Positions 44,797 through 59,300 of a DNA stretch of 64,000 bases are shown here, piece after piece (the stretch's first letter is position 1; each line of letters begins with the position of its first letter). The notes under the pieces were generated by a model. The model saw only the letters and a list, made by a program, of their open reading frames with translations, had not been told where the DNA came from and ran no database searches. A program made the translations under genes and the position numbers. Source of the stretch: Antedon mediterranea (taxonomy: Eukaryota > Animalia > Echinodermata); assembly GCF_964355755.1 (NCBI RefSeq), contig NC_092672.1:4650001-4714000 (forward strand), given 5' to 3'.

Positions 44797-47700
44797 AAAA
44801 TCATCTATCTATTTATCATCATTTATTCATTTTATAACGAATTTGTTTTTTTTTACATAAAACATCAAACAAAATATATGTCATAATGTACAATATACTA
44901 TAGAAATAATGAACATACGGGCTTAGGAAATAGTATTGGGAATGTTATATAGCATTATACGTTAAGAAAAATACATGATCGTGTATTTAATCTATATATA
45001 AATATTAAAACAAAAAACAGTTTTACATAACTGTTATAGTCACGTGAAGAAAGTGTGTTGGCAGAGAGTGAAGGCATGTTGTGTATGTTGAGAAACGGAT
45101 TCGACGCGTGGCTGATGGCTGGCCTGGGACGAGCAAAGGAAGCACCCGGGAAAGGAGCCTTCAAATCGGTTCTCATTTAACCAAAAAATCTTCAAAGTAC
45201 ACGTTGCGCACAAAGTTTTGTGGTAAAAAGGTAAGCTGTACTAACATAATCTTTCTGAATTTAAGTTGCGCAATGGTAAAGTACTTGATGTTACAGTTGA
45301 CCGCCTAAGAAGAAGATGCAATACACAATTGGCCTAATAACCTATTTAGACGTACGATTTTATTTTGTAAAAAAAAACAACTAATTTTAACTTTTTTTTT
45401 TACTGAGGTCAGTGTCCTGTGAAGATAAATAAAATTAATTAAAAAACGACTTCGGTTACGCGTTCCGTCACCACGACATTCTTTATCACTATCGTATTGC
45501 CGGTTAACATTTTTCTGAATCTTCGGGGATTTTAGATTTCCGGCCGTCGGTTGTATAACTTGGAATATCTTGTTACCCGATAATGGACGTAGCTGCTTTT
45601 TGTGTAACTAATCGCACTTAAATTCGCAATTTAAAAAAAGTTCGATAAACGTAAACATCGCCTTCTATTCGTTGAAAGTTGGCACAAGTATTCATGACAT
45701 TTTTCTGCATTTGTGCGCATGCGTTAATGTTGTGTTTCTAGTAGGCTAAATGGTGGTCACTTACGGTTTCGGTGTTACTGGTAAAATGTTTGATATCTTT
45801 CAACAAACCAAACATAGATCATCAACAGCTGCACACTTTAGAGCATAACATTATAATGAACTTTTGAGGGGTTAGCCAGCGTTCATCCTTCATGTAATTT
45901 TGTTGGGTTTTTTTTGTCATAGGCCTAAGCCTAAATATAGTACAGTTGAACCTTCCATGCGCTGTGTTTATATAACTCATTATTTTTATTGCTTTAAAAG
46001 AAAAAAATCATTGCTCTGTATTAAACCCTTAAGGGAACGCCTTCTGGACCTAGAAAAGTGTCCCCTAAGCGGGACCAACTGATTAAGGTGCGTCTTCTTA
46101 AAAAGCCCAAAGGAAGGGTTTAAGCCTATAAGAAAGGCTTCGAAAAGGAAATTGTCAATTGGTATACCGCCCTCCCAATAAAACGTCAGAAAACTTTTTT
46201 TGCACTAACGAATATTGTGTATTCACATATTATGTTTTCAACACAATTGTATACTGTATAGGAAATATTATATTATATATTTTAAAGAATTAATATTTCA
46301 GAGGATTAATTTTGCATGATTTTCCAAAAAATAGGCCCACTTGAATTTCAGCCTAGACTGTCTGAATAGGCCTTCAAACGAGCAGAAATACCAACATAGG
46401 CCTACTGAAATATTCATCTACTGTACGTTAGCATTATAATAAGCATTAGCGGAAATAAAAACAAACGGAGGTTAAGATCTGAAGAAAAAAAAACGAAAAC
46501 AAAATAATTTTGGAATAATATAATAAAATATAGGCCTAACTGTTGTTTACTATCATTGTGACACCAAGTTATGGGCCTATTACACAATGTTGTTATGACA
46601 TTGGTACGATACTCCAGTCACAGTAATCAGAATATTTATAGAAAACATTAAATAAAAAATACAATGTGGGAATAATTCATTGACGTCTACCTGTTTATTA
46701 TCCAATGACTGCACAAGTGACAAATATCACACGATTATTTCCGATTCTGGCCGAAAACGAATCGATAACGGAAATGCCTGTCGATTATAGTACACGATTG
46801 TAAACAAAACGCTTTGTTTACATAAAACAGCAGAAATTAATAGATACAATAACATTGCTTGATTTATCATTAACTTGTTGTATTTTGTTATTTATTTATT
46901 TACATGGGTTAATTAAAATATTGAGAATTTCGTTAGTTTCTTCCGTGGATAGGCCTACGAGATGAGGAAATGAAAGGATGTGTTTGCCTGATACCGCAAT
47001 TGCTGGGGTCAGGGATAGTTGTCAGTCAACTACTGTGTACTACGGTGGTTTGACGATTTTCACTGTCATGACCAGACCACCTTTAATTTTGATGTTTTGA
47101 TATAGTTATTGAGGAATGATGATTGATTAACCAGAATAGTGATGAGAGAGAGTTATCGGAAGTGAAAATGAAGATGATAATGATTTTTACAGTTAATAAT
47201 CATGATCTTGATAACGTGATTAAAAAATGATATAACTATATCCATTGATTAATATATTGATTAATATGATGTGGTAAAGGTAAACAAATAAAATGTCATG
47301 GACATTGTTCTATAAATATATATTCACATATAAAAAATAAAGTGAAGATGATAATGATTATGTTGATAATCATGATCTTGGTAACATGATGATGTAACTA
47401 TATCCATTGATTATTAAATTTAATGTAATTTTTTACAGGTAAACAAATAAAATGTCTCCAATCAAGGACGTACATAATTTTAAAAATATTAATTAATCAA
47501 TCATTCCAACATTTTTATGTTCTATAAATAGATACACACATATATAATATTTTGTTTACATACTGTGAGACCGATTCTATTGGCGGTTAAATCACTCCTA
47601 AGCCGATCGAATAAACGAAATATAATCTGATGGGATATCAAAGCTAAAAATAACGATAATTTCTCTTTCCGGAAACAACGTTTTTTTTCAGTTACTGTAT

Positions 47701-48649
47701 TGTTCATCTTGAAATGAAATGAATTTGTATGTTTTGAACAAACAAATGAGTGCGCAGATCACATTTAAAGGTGCCTAACCGTAGTTTTTTCTAGCCGATA
47801 TACGAGCGGTATCATGTCTAGCAACAATAAACATTCTGCAGTATCGTGTCTTCTAACAGCAATCTTCATCCCATATGATACTGTAGTAAATAGCGAGAGT
47901 TAGAGAGTTAATAATTATGAGTTTTGTGTTACGCGGTTATTGCCGTCGGCAGACACGATACTCGAGAACGATATTTAGTCGCTAGACATGATTACGAGAT
48001 CCGCTGACTTTTCCACGGCAACACCGTAAAAAATATTATTACAGTATATAATAACATTCAGCAGCCTACAGCCTTCTCAAACCTCAAACGATCCACAAAT
48101 CACAACGGACTCAGTCAATGTGACTGATTAAAATCATTAATTAAACATTAAATTATAAAAGGCTAAAGTGATCCAACTGCATGTGAATACAGTAAATATA
48201 CACATAAAGAAATTGGGTCAGGGTATAAATGGGTGAATTATCATAATCATTATACTGTATAATTACAATATTCACAAACGGTAAAGCAGCAACGGTCATT
48301 AATACGTCATAATACAAGGCAAGGTTAGAGTATGATGATGTCACAGTGGCATGTGTGGACAGAGGAGTGAGAATATATTATTAACAACAAAACAATAGGA
48401 ACAGTTATCGTTCAGTGTGACGGAGGGTTAAGCTGTAAATAAGTATATTTCCGCCGAATTCAGTATATTATTATTAGTAGTCTTGAATGTTCCCTAGTGG
48501 GCTCAGCTTAGCTTAACTCAGATATAGGCCACAGCAAATACAGAGATATATCTTAGACCTAGTAATTATGATTCTACAGATGCAAAACATCCGTTGAATA
48601 GCCTAGTTGGAATTAAAATAGCATGTATTGATAATTATCTATATTTCAT

Positions 48650-48905
48650 TTATCTATTGACAATACACATCTTTATGTTATAGTAACCGGAATCCGGTCT
48701 AATGGAACATTCTATAGGCCTATTGCAAGATTCTACTCATCCCATGCGTAATGTATTTGAGGTGTTACATAGCGGTAGACGTTAGTACCGGTACATCATC
48801 TCTCGTACAAATAGGTTTCGTAACAGCTTTTATCCAGACATTTTATCCACAAATGACAATAAATTGAAGTAATTTTCCACTGAATGAATGAATGAATAAA
48901 TAATA
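48650..48905 (+). mobile_element. Degenerate LINE ORF2 3' fragment (Rex1/L2-group-like)
   Basis: LQDSTHPMRNVFEVLHSGRR*YRYIISRTNRFRNSFYP, followed by a (TGAA)n tail. Confidence 0.75.
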
Positions 48906-49148
48906 AACCTATACTGAACCTCGTGACATATTCTCTCTCGATCACCACACTGCCCTAAGTTTCTCTGGGCATAGTCCTGACCAGGGTAAGAGGCTTGGAA
49001 TGATAAAGGTGGATTTGTGTTGACTTTAACCTATACTGAACATCGTGACATATTCTCTCTCGAGCACCACACTGCCCTAAGTTTCTCTGGACATAGTCAT
49101 GACCAGGGTAAGAGGCTTGGAATGATAAAGGTGGATTTGTGTTGACTT
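48906..49148. repeat. 122-bp tandem duplication
   Basis: aacctatactgaac...gtgttgacttt twice, with few mismatches. Confidence 0.92.
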
Positions 49149-50687
49149 TTTACTTCATTTTATCGTATTATTATTCATCAAAGGTAAATCTAAACTATGA
49201 TTCCATGGAGCTACATGATGATTCCTCCTACCTCAATCGCATTCTTTCTGAATTTGGAGCCTACATGATCCGTTACAAAACATGAATATCCATAACTTTT
49301 CTTTTAACAGCGGTTTGATATTGAGAAGTGTTTTCTTAAAAAATTAATAATTTTGAAAATATAGAGATATCATGGAGAATGTCGGACACTTTTATCTACA
49401 TCGCCTCTAGTCGTCTTAAGCACTTAACTAAAGCTCAACATTTACTTAACATTTTACGACTTAGAATTATGTTTTAAATTCTTGAGTAAACGGCGGTGGT
49501 ACATGTCACGCGGTAAGAAACAAAAAGACACTCATAAGACATTATAATCGTATTAAAATCAAGAGTAGGCTTAGGCTAGCCACCATGTGTGAGACGGCGA
49601 CCGACCGAAGAGGCTTTTCCCCCGTAAGATAACAGACGATTGATCGTGCATTTCGGTTTGCTCGAGTAGACTTATTGGCTTAAATAGGTCGAGTGTAGTG
49701 ACCCACTGTACTTTTTTTTACCCATAATAGCATGAATCGAACTCAATGGTATTTCATTAATTTATAGAAATGAATTTTCGCAGAAAATTGCTTCTATTTC
49801 TTATGAAATAATACGTTTTTTATATATATAATGTACGTAACGGCTAATTAAGATTATATTAGCCTAAGTGTAATTGTATTATTATTTGTATAGGGCCTAA
49901 TGTAAAGAGGGACTACAGCGACAGGCCCATCGGGCCTTTTGTAATCTCTCGAATATATATATTATATGCTAACCATTGTTAATGTTATGATATAATATTT
50001 TTGGAAATGTTTCTTGAATTAAATTGAATTGAAATAAAAATATGGGCATAGGCCTACATAACATTTTTTTATTCACATCACAAGTGATGTGTATACTGTA
50101 TCATTTTTGTATGTGCCAGTGAACCACCCCTTCTCCTCCGTTTCTCTTTACTCGTTGTTTCACAAAGAATTCGAACTTTTCATGAACTGTAAGTAAGAGT
50201 GGCGATTTCTTCCACCCACGAGTAACTTAATAATTTGTCAATCACTGCAGACAAATAATGTACAGCATTATTCTATAAATAACCAAACCCAATTTAATTT
50301 GCTGTTTTATTTACTTTCATTTGGTTTCATTTCATATGTCGTCGCACATCAATCGTTCCAAAAACGTCGAATTGGTATTTTCATTTTCCGGATGAGAACA
50401 GTAATAAATTTGTGTACAACTTCCTTTACGTCAAATGAGGTGAAACTCCGATATTATTTCATATTTTGTGGTAACAAAATATGTCATTCACCTTTGAAAT
50501 GTTGCACAAACAACAACAGTATGGAACGCATAGAATACAAACTACTGAGTGGTACTTTGGCGTTTCATATCAGAAGTGTCGCTTACTACGATATAAATGA
50601 TGACGCTGTCGTTTCAACGCGGCAGTATTGTATCGTTTTTGTAAGCATTCCGTCGTCGTAACGTCGACGTGCATTAAATTTGCGTAA

Positions 50688-50807
50688 CACTATGTCAAAC
50701 TAATTTGACAAAAAATTGTTATGTGCCCAAATATGATAGTTATAATTATGCGCATAGGTATAGGCACATTACATTTTTTGTCACATGAAGATGGATATTG
50801 CAGAGCT
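50688..50807 (-). mobile_element. Degenerate MITE family A copy
   Basis: tttgacaaaaaattgttatgtgcccaaatatg ... cagagct. Confidence 0.6.
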
Positions 50808-52049
50808 TTATCAAACTTAAAACATACCATGCACATCTCCCCTAAATACATTTTATGTTTGGATTTTTATTTATTTATTTTTTTTAGTTTCACTAAAAAA
50901 TTCGGTTGGTAAAAAATGGGTGGGGGTGTAATGTACGTCACACATACAACTTCAAGCGCGTCACACACCATTGGTGACGGGAGAATTTTATATCGACCAC
51001 CCTATTATATTTTAACATGTTTCTGGTCGCAATGCTGTACTTTCATTTTTAAAAGAGACGGGATGAGAAAGGATAAGTCCACGTTACTTAAACCATTATT
51101 TCAGATTGATTGATAGAGACGTCTATAATAAACTATTTCCATTTTCGTCGGGAACTATTCTGTAAAAGAACCGGGGAGGCTTGTTTGTATATACTTAATG
51201 TATTTTTTGGAACAGTCCCAGAAGGGGAAAAAGTTAACATTGTCCATCTGTTTCTACTGTATGACAAAGTGTGAGAGATGGGCGGGTCCTAGGCATATCA
51301 ATCATTACAGTAACATGCCCTTGACCTTGGAAGCAATTTCGATTACACAACGAGAAATCTATTGCCACTATAAAACGAGACAGTAGTAGACAACGGGAAC
51401 CATTCAGCCCTCTATAACTGTCCGGTTGTTGTCAGCTGATTTTGCCAAGTATACCAATAACAGGCCCGCTTTCATTTAAAACGTGATAGCCTAACTCATA
51501 CCTCTGGATTTTTTAAATACCATAAAACACACTTTATTGGTAAGTAATTGCAATTTTAATTTTTTAATATTAAAATCAAGTAATAAAATATAATAATTTT
51601 TTATGATGCAGTTAGTACTTTGAATATTTATCGCATCATTTTATCAATATAATAATGTCAATTTTATTTTTATTTAATTTAATTTCATACTACATTTATT
51701 ACTGACGTTTTCTGTTGGGCAAGCGGATAGTTTGCTCTGTTATAATACAATTACATTTACATAAAAAGCAAAGTTAAGTAATTACCTATTTCAACTACCA
51801 AATATTAAAAAATACAATATGGTAGGCTTATATTTGAACATATTAATGTTATTGTTACCAAACCAACGAATTAGCAAGAACTGGAATTAAATAACGAACC
51901 ATGAATTATAAAGTCAGAAAATAATTCGGTGTAACTGCAACTTCTTGATGAAAAAAAGCTTTCTATTACAGATGTAAAATGCATGTACAAAGTCTTTATT
52001 AATGGGGGGGGGGGGGGGGGTGTGAATAGTATCATGCGGGTGATAAAAC

Positions 52050-52255
52050 GTTGACCAGTGCTATGGTGAGTGCTCTATCATATGCTGGTTCTCTATCTTC
52101 CACGGAGAGGGTACCATACTCTATTATTATAGAGTGTTCTATCATCTTTGGTAGGTGCACCTCTATCATCTTTGGTAGGTGCACCTCTATCATCTTTGGT
52201 AGGTGCACCTCTATCATCTTTGGAGGGTTCTCTATGGTAAGTGCTCTATCATGGT
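52050..52255. repeat. 27-bp minisatellite (ctctatcatctttggtaggtgcac)n with degenerate flanking units
   Basis: 3-4 near-perfect copies; source of the PKMIEVHL ORF. Confidence 0.85.
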
Positions 52256-52407
52256 GGGTGCGCAATAGGTGAAAGTTAGCTGAATGCTTTACATAATTTG
52301 AATTGTTACTTTTACCCTCCTCCTACATCACTAATACTTATCGTACATTTACAGTACAATAAATTATGCGGAATTTAATTAACACCGCAACAGAATACAT
52401 TGAATAT

Positions 52408-52573
52408 ATAAGGTTTATCGCAAATAGCTTCTACAATGCATGATGGGAAGGGTTTGGGAGCAAACGTCACAACGCGTACGTACGTGATTTGTTGTTTGTA
52501 CGTACGCGTCGTGACGTTTGCTCCCAAGCCCTTCCCATCATGCATTGTAGAAGCTATTTGCGATAAACCTTAT
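52408..52573. repeat. Near-perfect 166-bp hairpin (76-bp arms, 14-nt loop), probable palindromic MITE
   Basis: Arms 52408-52483 and 52498-52573 differ at two positions. Confidence 0.92.
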
Positions 52574-55500
52574 TGGTGAAGACAATTACGATGACGATAC
52601 TGATAAGGATAAATGACATCCTAGTGATGAAAATGGCAATGATAATGACGATTATGCTGGTAGTGACAATGATGATGACAATATTGATAAATATGGTGAA
52701 AATAATGATAAGGATAGTTTTGATAATGATAATAACGATATGTGTGATGATGATGATGCCTAGGCTTTCTAAGAACCACGATTTCATAATTAATTTTAAT
52801 CAATATAATAACATAACAGAACTCACACAACCATTATCCAGGATTTTCAAAGTGATACGGGATACTAAGAACTCCCACGAGGCTATCCAGGTTTTTCAAC
52901 GTCTCTATCCCTATAAAATTATACTACATCCATCATTAAACGTATTTCCTCATCTACCTGTTGGACTGAAACATAATAATCATATTTCATCGCAACATTT
53001 CGACATTTTAACGCTTGTGTATTCGGAATACGATACGATCGAATGTATAGTGTTCGGCACAATCGTAATTCGTAAGAATAATGCTTACTACTATTATCAA
53101 AATTAAAAATGTTAATAATTGATAACTACAATAATACATCTCACCTGCATTCGGGGAAAATGCATTCACCCTCAGGAAGGTGTGAATGGCATTCTATTCT
53201 AGGAGGGGAAGGTAGGGTCTTACTGTAATTATAATGAAATAAAGAGGAACGTTAAGGAGGTAACTGGTATACACATAATATTTTTGTTCTAAGTTTGTTC
53301 ACCTTTTTCGTTACATTATTCAGCATTATAACTATGGGAACTCACATTGATTACAACAAAACATATACATTCTACAACAGTGAATGACAAACTGAGTAAC
53401 AAAAGCAAATATAACTGCGATTCCCTCCTGCAGTCGTAGACTTTATTGCAACCTATAGGCCTATATTTATATAACTAGATTACATTTTATTATAAAAAAT
53501 TAGAAAAATTAGGTTATCGAACGGTGAGAAATTAATTCAAAGTAATTCTGTACATATATCTTATGCTGGTTTCCAATTTAACGAGTAGTTTGGGTCAAAA
53601 TATGCAACGAATTCAAGGTAACTTTAGCGACGAAAACAAAAGTATCGGTATGAAATAAATGAAATTAGGTCTGTGAGAATGTGAAAGATTATTAACCTTT
53701 TTTCTGAAAATATTTTATAAGCTAAGTCATACAGAATCGTCAAAAAATAAATAATACAAAATATGATTAATAACTTATTAAATATACAAATCAGTAAAAA
53801 CTAAGTATCACGAAAGTGGTCTATATAAAGAACGAACAAACAAATCATGATAATAATAATTATAAATACTACGTTTTATGTCAGACTTTTTGGTATGTAG
53901 GCCGGTTTTAGTTAATTTTTTTTAAAGTATAACAACATTTTAGTCTAAAATTCATACCAGCCTATTAAGTGTTCGTTATTCGTTGTTAAAATACACATTT
54001 AAATACTGTCACGAAGTTTGGCCAATTCACATTTTCTGCAACATTCTTTTTATATTAAATAACCCTCAAATATCCACCCTAACATCCTGTATAGTTAGAA
54101 CTTAGAGGGAGAATACGGTGGACGGGAAAGTGTGATCTGAAAGTTAGCCAAAGGACAATATACAACATATAACAACCTTTACTTCACATCAAACTAATAG
54201 CTCGTGGTTGGCCAAGAATTCTGGCAATGAATTGAGTCCAAGTTTTTTCAGCAATTTATTTTATTTCCTGAAATATATTCATATGAGTTATTGATTTGTC
54301 ATAAATGTCACTTCTACAAAATAATGTCTGCTTCTTGACAGAATGATAAAAAGCTGCAAAAATGTATTTTAGACATTGATTTGACTAACATGGCCTAAAT
54401 ATATTTGAGTGTATACTTTGTTCTGTACCGTTACCATACATGTGTCGTGTAAATCGTTTACATTGTTTCAATTGATTGAAAAAATATGTATATTTTGGTG
54501 TTTTTAAGGATTTCTGTATACAACGAAGAAATATAGGCACACAAGAGTTTGTGGTTATTATGGTTTTATACTTTTATGTCTTGATAATATAATACATCTA
54601 TATTCATTTCTCGTGTATGATTTTTTAAAAGCCCCTATTTTAAATGTTCAAATAAAGTGAAAAAACATAAAAGACAAAATGCAACAAGTTATTCCTTGCG
54701 GGTAAGTTTACGTAAGGTTCAGTTATACAATCGGTAACGTTTTTACAATTCGTTCCTATAGTGACAGTCTTGATTGTGTAAATGAATTTAAACTATATAA
54801 AATTCTTAATTTTTTATATTAAATATTACTATTATTAAATAAGTAGGCCTCTATTTGCTCGCATACTAAATTACGTTTCCTTACTGAATGTTTCATTAAC
54901 TCGATATATTTTCTTAACCTTGTACTTAAAATAATCATAATGTTATCGCGGATGAACTTGAACGTAATTTGAAAAGTAAATTAAACATCTAAAAATAATT
55001 TGATCGGTCAACATGTTTCTTCAGTCGTGGCACACGGTTTCATTTGACTCTCAGTGCGCTGGGTTCGCGAGGTGCGCAACTCAACTCGCATACAACCCGC
55101 TCCAATAGGGCTTGTGGTTTGGGGTTGAAGGCTCCGAACCATCACCACCTTCATCTCAGTGTTCTATTACTCGCGGTGCGCACTAGTCCTTTCTCCTACG
55201 GCTGAAAGCTAATAGAAATCGTCACCCCGGGCCTAACCGCGCCGGTATCCCATGTTTCTTGGTGGGTAAATAATTCTCTTTTGCTCTTAACTTCAACCCT
55301 AGAGATCAGCAGAAAAAGTACATCAAACTTTCCCAGCATCCGTCGCAGGTTATATGTTAGCTTGCCAAAAACGAAAAGAGACGAAATTCATGTCGTTTGA
55401 TACGAGATTTCATAACGAATTATTTTCAGCTGCCTGTAACTATATATGACTATACAAAATTATTATAAGGGCAACTTCAATTTAATTTATTCTATAAGAC

Positions 55501-55839
55501 AGTTTCCTGACGAAGAGTTTATGTAATTCGACTGACAAGTTAATGATGTACTGGAAATAACAAACATAGGTCTATAAGTCGAATTGACATTTTATCTGAG
55601 GCTGATGCAGCCCCCTCGATAACCTCTAGTCTAAAAAGAAAATCACAGGCGTGTCAAGTCATCGAATTTCCATCCAGTCCATACCACCCCCTTCTCCCTC
55701 CCATCTCAAAATGTAATAAGCCGAACAAAAATAATTGGAGTAAATACCAAAGTTATTTACGATAAGTAAAACTCAGTGTATTATCTAACTGAAACATTTT
55801 TTTGTCATTTCAGAAATTGTTTCGTGATATTAAACTACT

Positions 55840-56317
55840 ATGATAGAGGTGATAATAGAGTTAGCGATTGTATTTGCTATCATGTCGGTGGTAGCACTAC
55901 AGTTAGCTTACCCTAGACTCTGGACTGACATCACATTCATCGCCGATAAAGTGAAGACAACACGTCGACTTAAACAGTTTGCTGCCCAGAAGATTCCACG
56001 AACGATAGTTGATGTTTTTGAAGAACACGCGCGAAATACTCCCGATAAAGTTTTTCTGGTATACCAAAGTCAAAACTATACGTACGCAGATGTCAACAAA
56101 GCGGCGAACAGAGTTGCTAGGGTGGCACAGCAGATGGGCTTCAGAGTGGGGGATGTCGTAGCACTGTTATTTATGAATGAACCTGCATTTATTTGGAACC
56201 TACTGGGTTTTGCCAAACTTAGTGTCCGGTGTGCTCTTTTGAACTATAACTTAAAAGCCAAATCGTTACTGCATTGTTTTCGAGTAGGGCAAGCGAAAGC
56301 ACTGATAGTTGGTAAAG
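55840..56317 (+). CDS. SLC27A-like coding exon 1
   Basis: MIEVIIELA...AKALIVGK, donor G|GTAAGC, phase 1; acceptor at 55813 indicates an upstream non-coding exon. Confidence 0.93.
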
Positions 56318-59300
56318 GTAAGCTGATATTATAATTTTTCTATCTTAGAAAATTCCAATTTACGTACATGTAAACTACTTCTGTTACGTAAACGCCGTCA
56401 CCGTATACCGTTTGAGTGTGCATGTTTAAGAGTATGATTAGTGAGATTCACTATGACAGAAATAGGCATATTGTGATTTTCTCCACTCGGACCTCATCTC
56501 AGTTCTGATGATGTTACAGAATCTAATACAGTATTAATACATTACAGGACACATTCATATACGCTCTCATATGTATCTTGTAACTCATAAGTTACTCTGT
56601 GCCAGCGCAGGAATTGAATACAAAAGCAGTTGTGTGAGAAAGATAAGAAGGGGGCCTACATCGACCGAGAAGATTCGTTTATGCTATAATAATACTGTAC
56701 GTTTTAATAGAAATTGAATTGAATTGAAATTGAATTGAATAGCCTTCAACCTTTATTGAACTGTCAAAATATAGAAAGAATTAACTTGCATTTATCACAT
56801 ATTTTGAGGTTCATTCGTTTGTACTTCTTTTTTTCCGTATGGTTCGATCACCTACACACATCCGCTAACAAAATTGAAGGCAGTCCAAAGCGAAATTGAG
56901 ACCAAACATCAATCAATCAATGCCACTTAATAGTAATTATCATTAATTGATTATATATCATATTTGAACGCTCTTTACGCGCTATTTCCTATATTGAAAT
57001 TGTTACAAGGCTGTGTACGGCACGTAGTTCGGTGGTTGGAATTGAACTTCTGGCTGGGGGTTGAACGAGGATGTGGGAAGCTTGATTGGCCTGGTTCGCA
57101 ACAAGGATGTGAGAAATCCAACTTGTGGCTGGGGTGGAAGGTGGATGTGGGAAAGGGTGGTACGTGAAGGAGGCCTAGTTTACTCCTGGAAACAATTAAT
57201 ATGCGGACACCCGGAATTAGAAATCTAGCAATACACGAATAATATAAATCTTGTTTGTCAAAACATGCCTTTTTAACATTAACGTATCACATATTGACAT
57301 GATTTAACAACGGATATGCTTCGGTTTTGGCATCTTCCAATCTGAATGCTATGATTTAAGGTTGGAAACTAGGGCCATGTCCAGATATACATCTCATAAT
57401 ATAGGCCTATCTATTTTCAATTAAGTATCTTAATATCATGCATCGTCCTTCGTACATCCTTGACAGGACTATACACCAACGGCACAAAATGAAAAATGGT
57501 TTCATCTATAAAAAGAAGTGGTACTATCGGTACTGTATAAAGAAAAAAAATTTTAAAATCCTGTAAATAAAACATAATAATTTTGATAGTTATTATACAA
57601 AAAGGAAGGATAAAACTACAGTATAAGTTGTTGTCATAAGCTAATACTACTGTGAAACTTTACGAAAGTGATTATTTGAGATGTAAAATTTAGAATACCA
57701 TACCACCCATAAGTGCGCTTATCTAAAATCTTAAATTGAAGAGTCTTAGCAGTTATTTCGCCTTATATCGTCATTATATTGTCATATCCCTTGTATTTTA
57801 AGACTCTACTTATGCAGTTACCAAGCTTAGGTATTGCCTAGTGGAATCAAGAGAAATGGAAGTATGGTATTGAATACGGATTAAATGTAATGATTATATA
57901 GGCCTGTGTTGTATAACTAATTATTATTATCGCGTTTAAACTCGAATTATTTCCGGGTTTTATCTGGAAAATGAGAGTTTAAAAAGTGTATTTGGTATTT
58001 GTTTAAATTACATAATTCTAGATCGTTAAGTAAGTAGCGTTTTTTAAAAAATAAACTGCTGAATTATTGTGGCAGTTTTTAAAACTATTAATGTTTTGTT
58101 ATGAAAGTTTTATGACAGTTATTATGAGATGATGTTACAGAAGATGATGATTGTATTATGATGACATAATATATAATAATAATAATGTTTACAGCACTAC
58201 AGTTGGTATAGGCCTAAATGGTGATTGATGACAATGACGGAAGTGATAAAGAATGATAATGACGATGACGGTGATGATTCTGAAAACAATGATAAAGATG
58301 ATGATGTATGGTAATGACGATGACATCAGGATGATGATGACGATGATGAATGTGATAACGCCACTGAAAATGACGATCATAAAATCTAATATGCGAAAAG
58401 TGGTGATACTGATAATGATCATGATACTGATTATAATGATTTAGATAAATGATTAAGTCGTATAATAATGACCATAGCAAACGTTATCTCAGCAAACATT
58501 CTTTAGCGAAGGATAATCATATTGAAAAGTAAACCGAGTCACGAGTGGGTCATACTGTAGTTCATGTTCATGATCAAGGTCAATATCTGACCGTCCTTGA
58601 AACATGGTCACTGGACCTTCACGAAAGCCAATTAATCAAAATTTATCTGACCAACGGGGGTGATGACAATGTTCCGATGTAAACACGGATGCTTCTGTGG
58701 TCGTAATAGAAATACTCCTTTAGATACCATCTAGGTGTCAGGTAAAGTTCATCCATTGCTTGTTCAGTGCAAATTGAACGTTTAACTCGATAAAACATCT
58801 ATTATATTGATCTATTGAGGATCTAGGCCTATTTGATATTGATCTAATATAGGCCTAGATCATTATTGTTATTGATCTATTGATATAGGCCTATTAGGTA
58901 CCGTATACGTTATTTATATTGATCTAATAATATAGGCCTAGATCATTATTGGTAAATGATCTATAGAAATTATTATTTTGATTGATCTATTGATATCATA
59001 GTCTAAAAATTATATTATTGATATAAGTTTACCGTATTGATATTGATATAGGTCTAGATTGATTGATAATTGATATCTAGCCAAATAAGTTACTGATTAT
59101 AATCAATTCGGATATATAGCCTAATTATTGATTAGTCTATATAACTTATAAGTTACTGTGTTGATAGACATAGATTTATTGACAATTAACCTATTATCTA
59201 TCCTATTTAGGTTAAAGGTTATAATGCAAAAACGCATTGTTGTTTCATGACTTGACTTGATTATTTCGAATAATTAACATTTATCATTCTTTCAAACAAG

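Noticed and set aside
47420-47445. ttttttacAG|GTAAAC as a recursive site in the SLC27A UTR intron
   Set aside because: Lies in a local duplication, the donor is mediocre, and the host intron is itself hypothetical.
55505-55540. CTGACGA-A-stem motif as a hammerhead
   Set aside because: GAAA is replaced by GACT, and no stem I or cleavage triplet is present.
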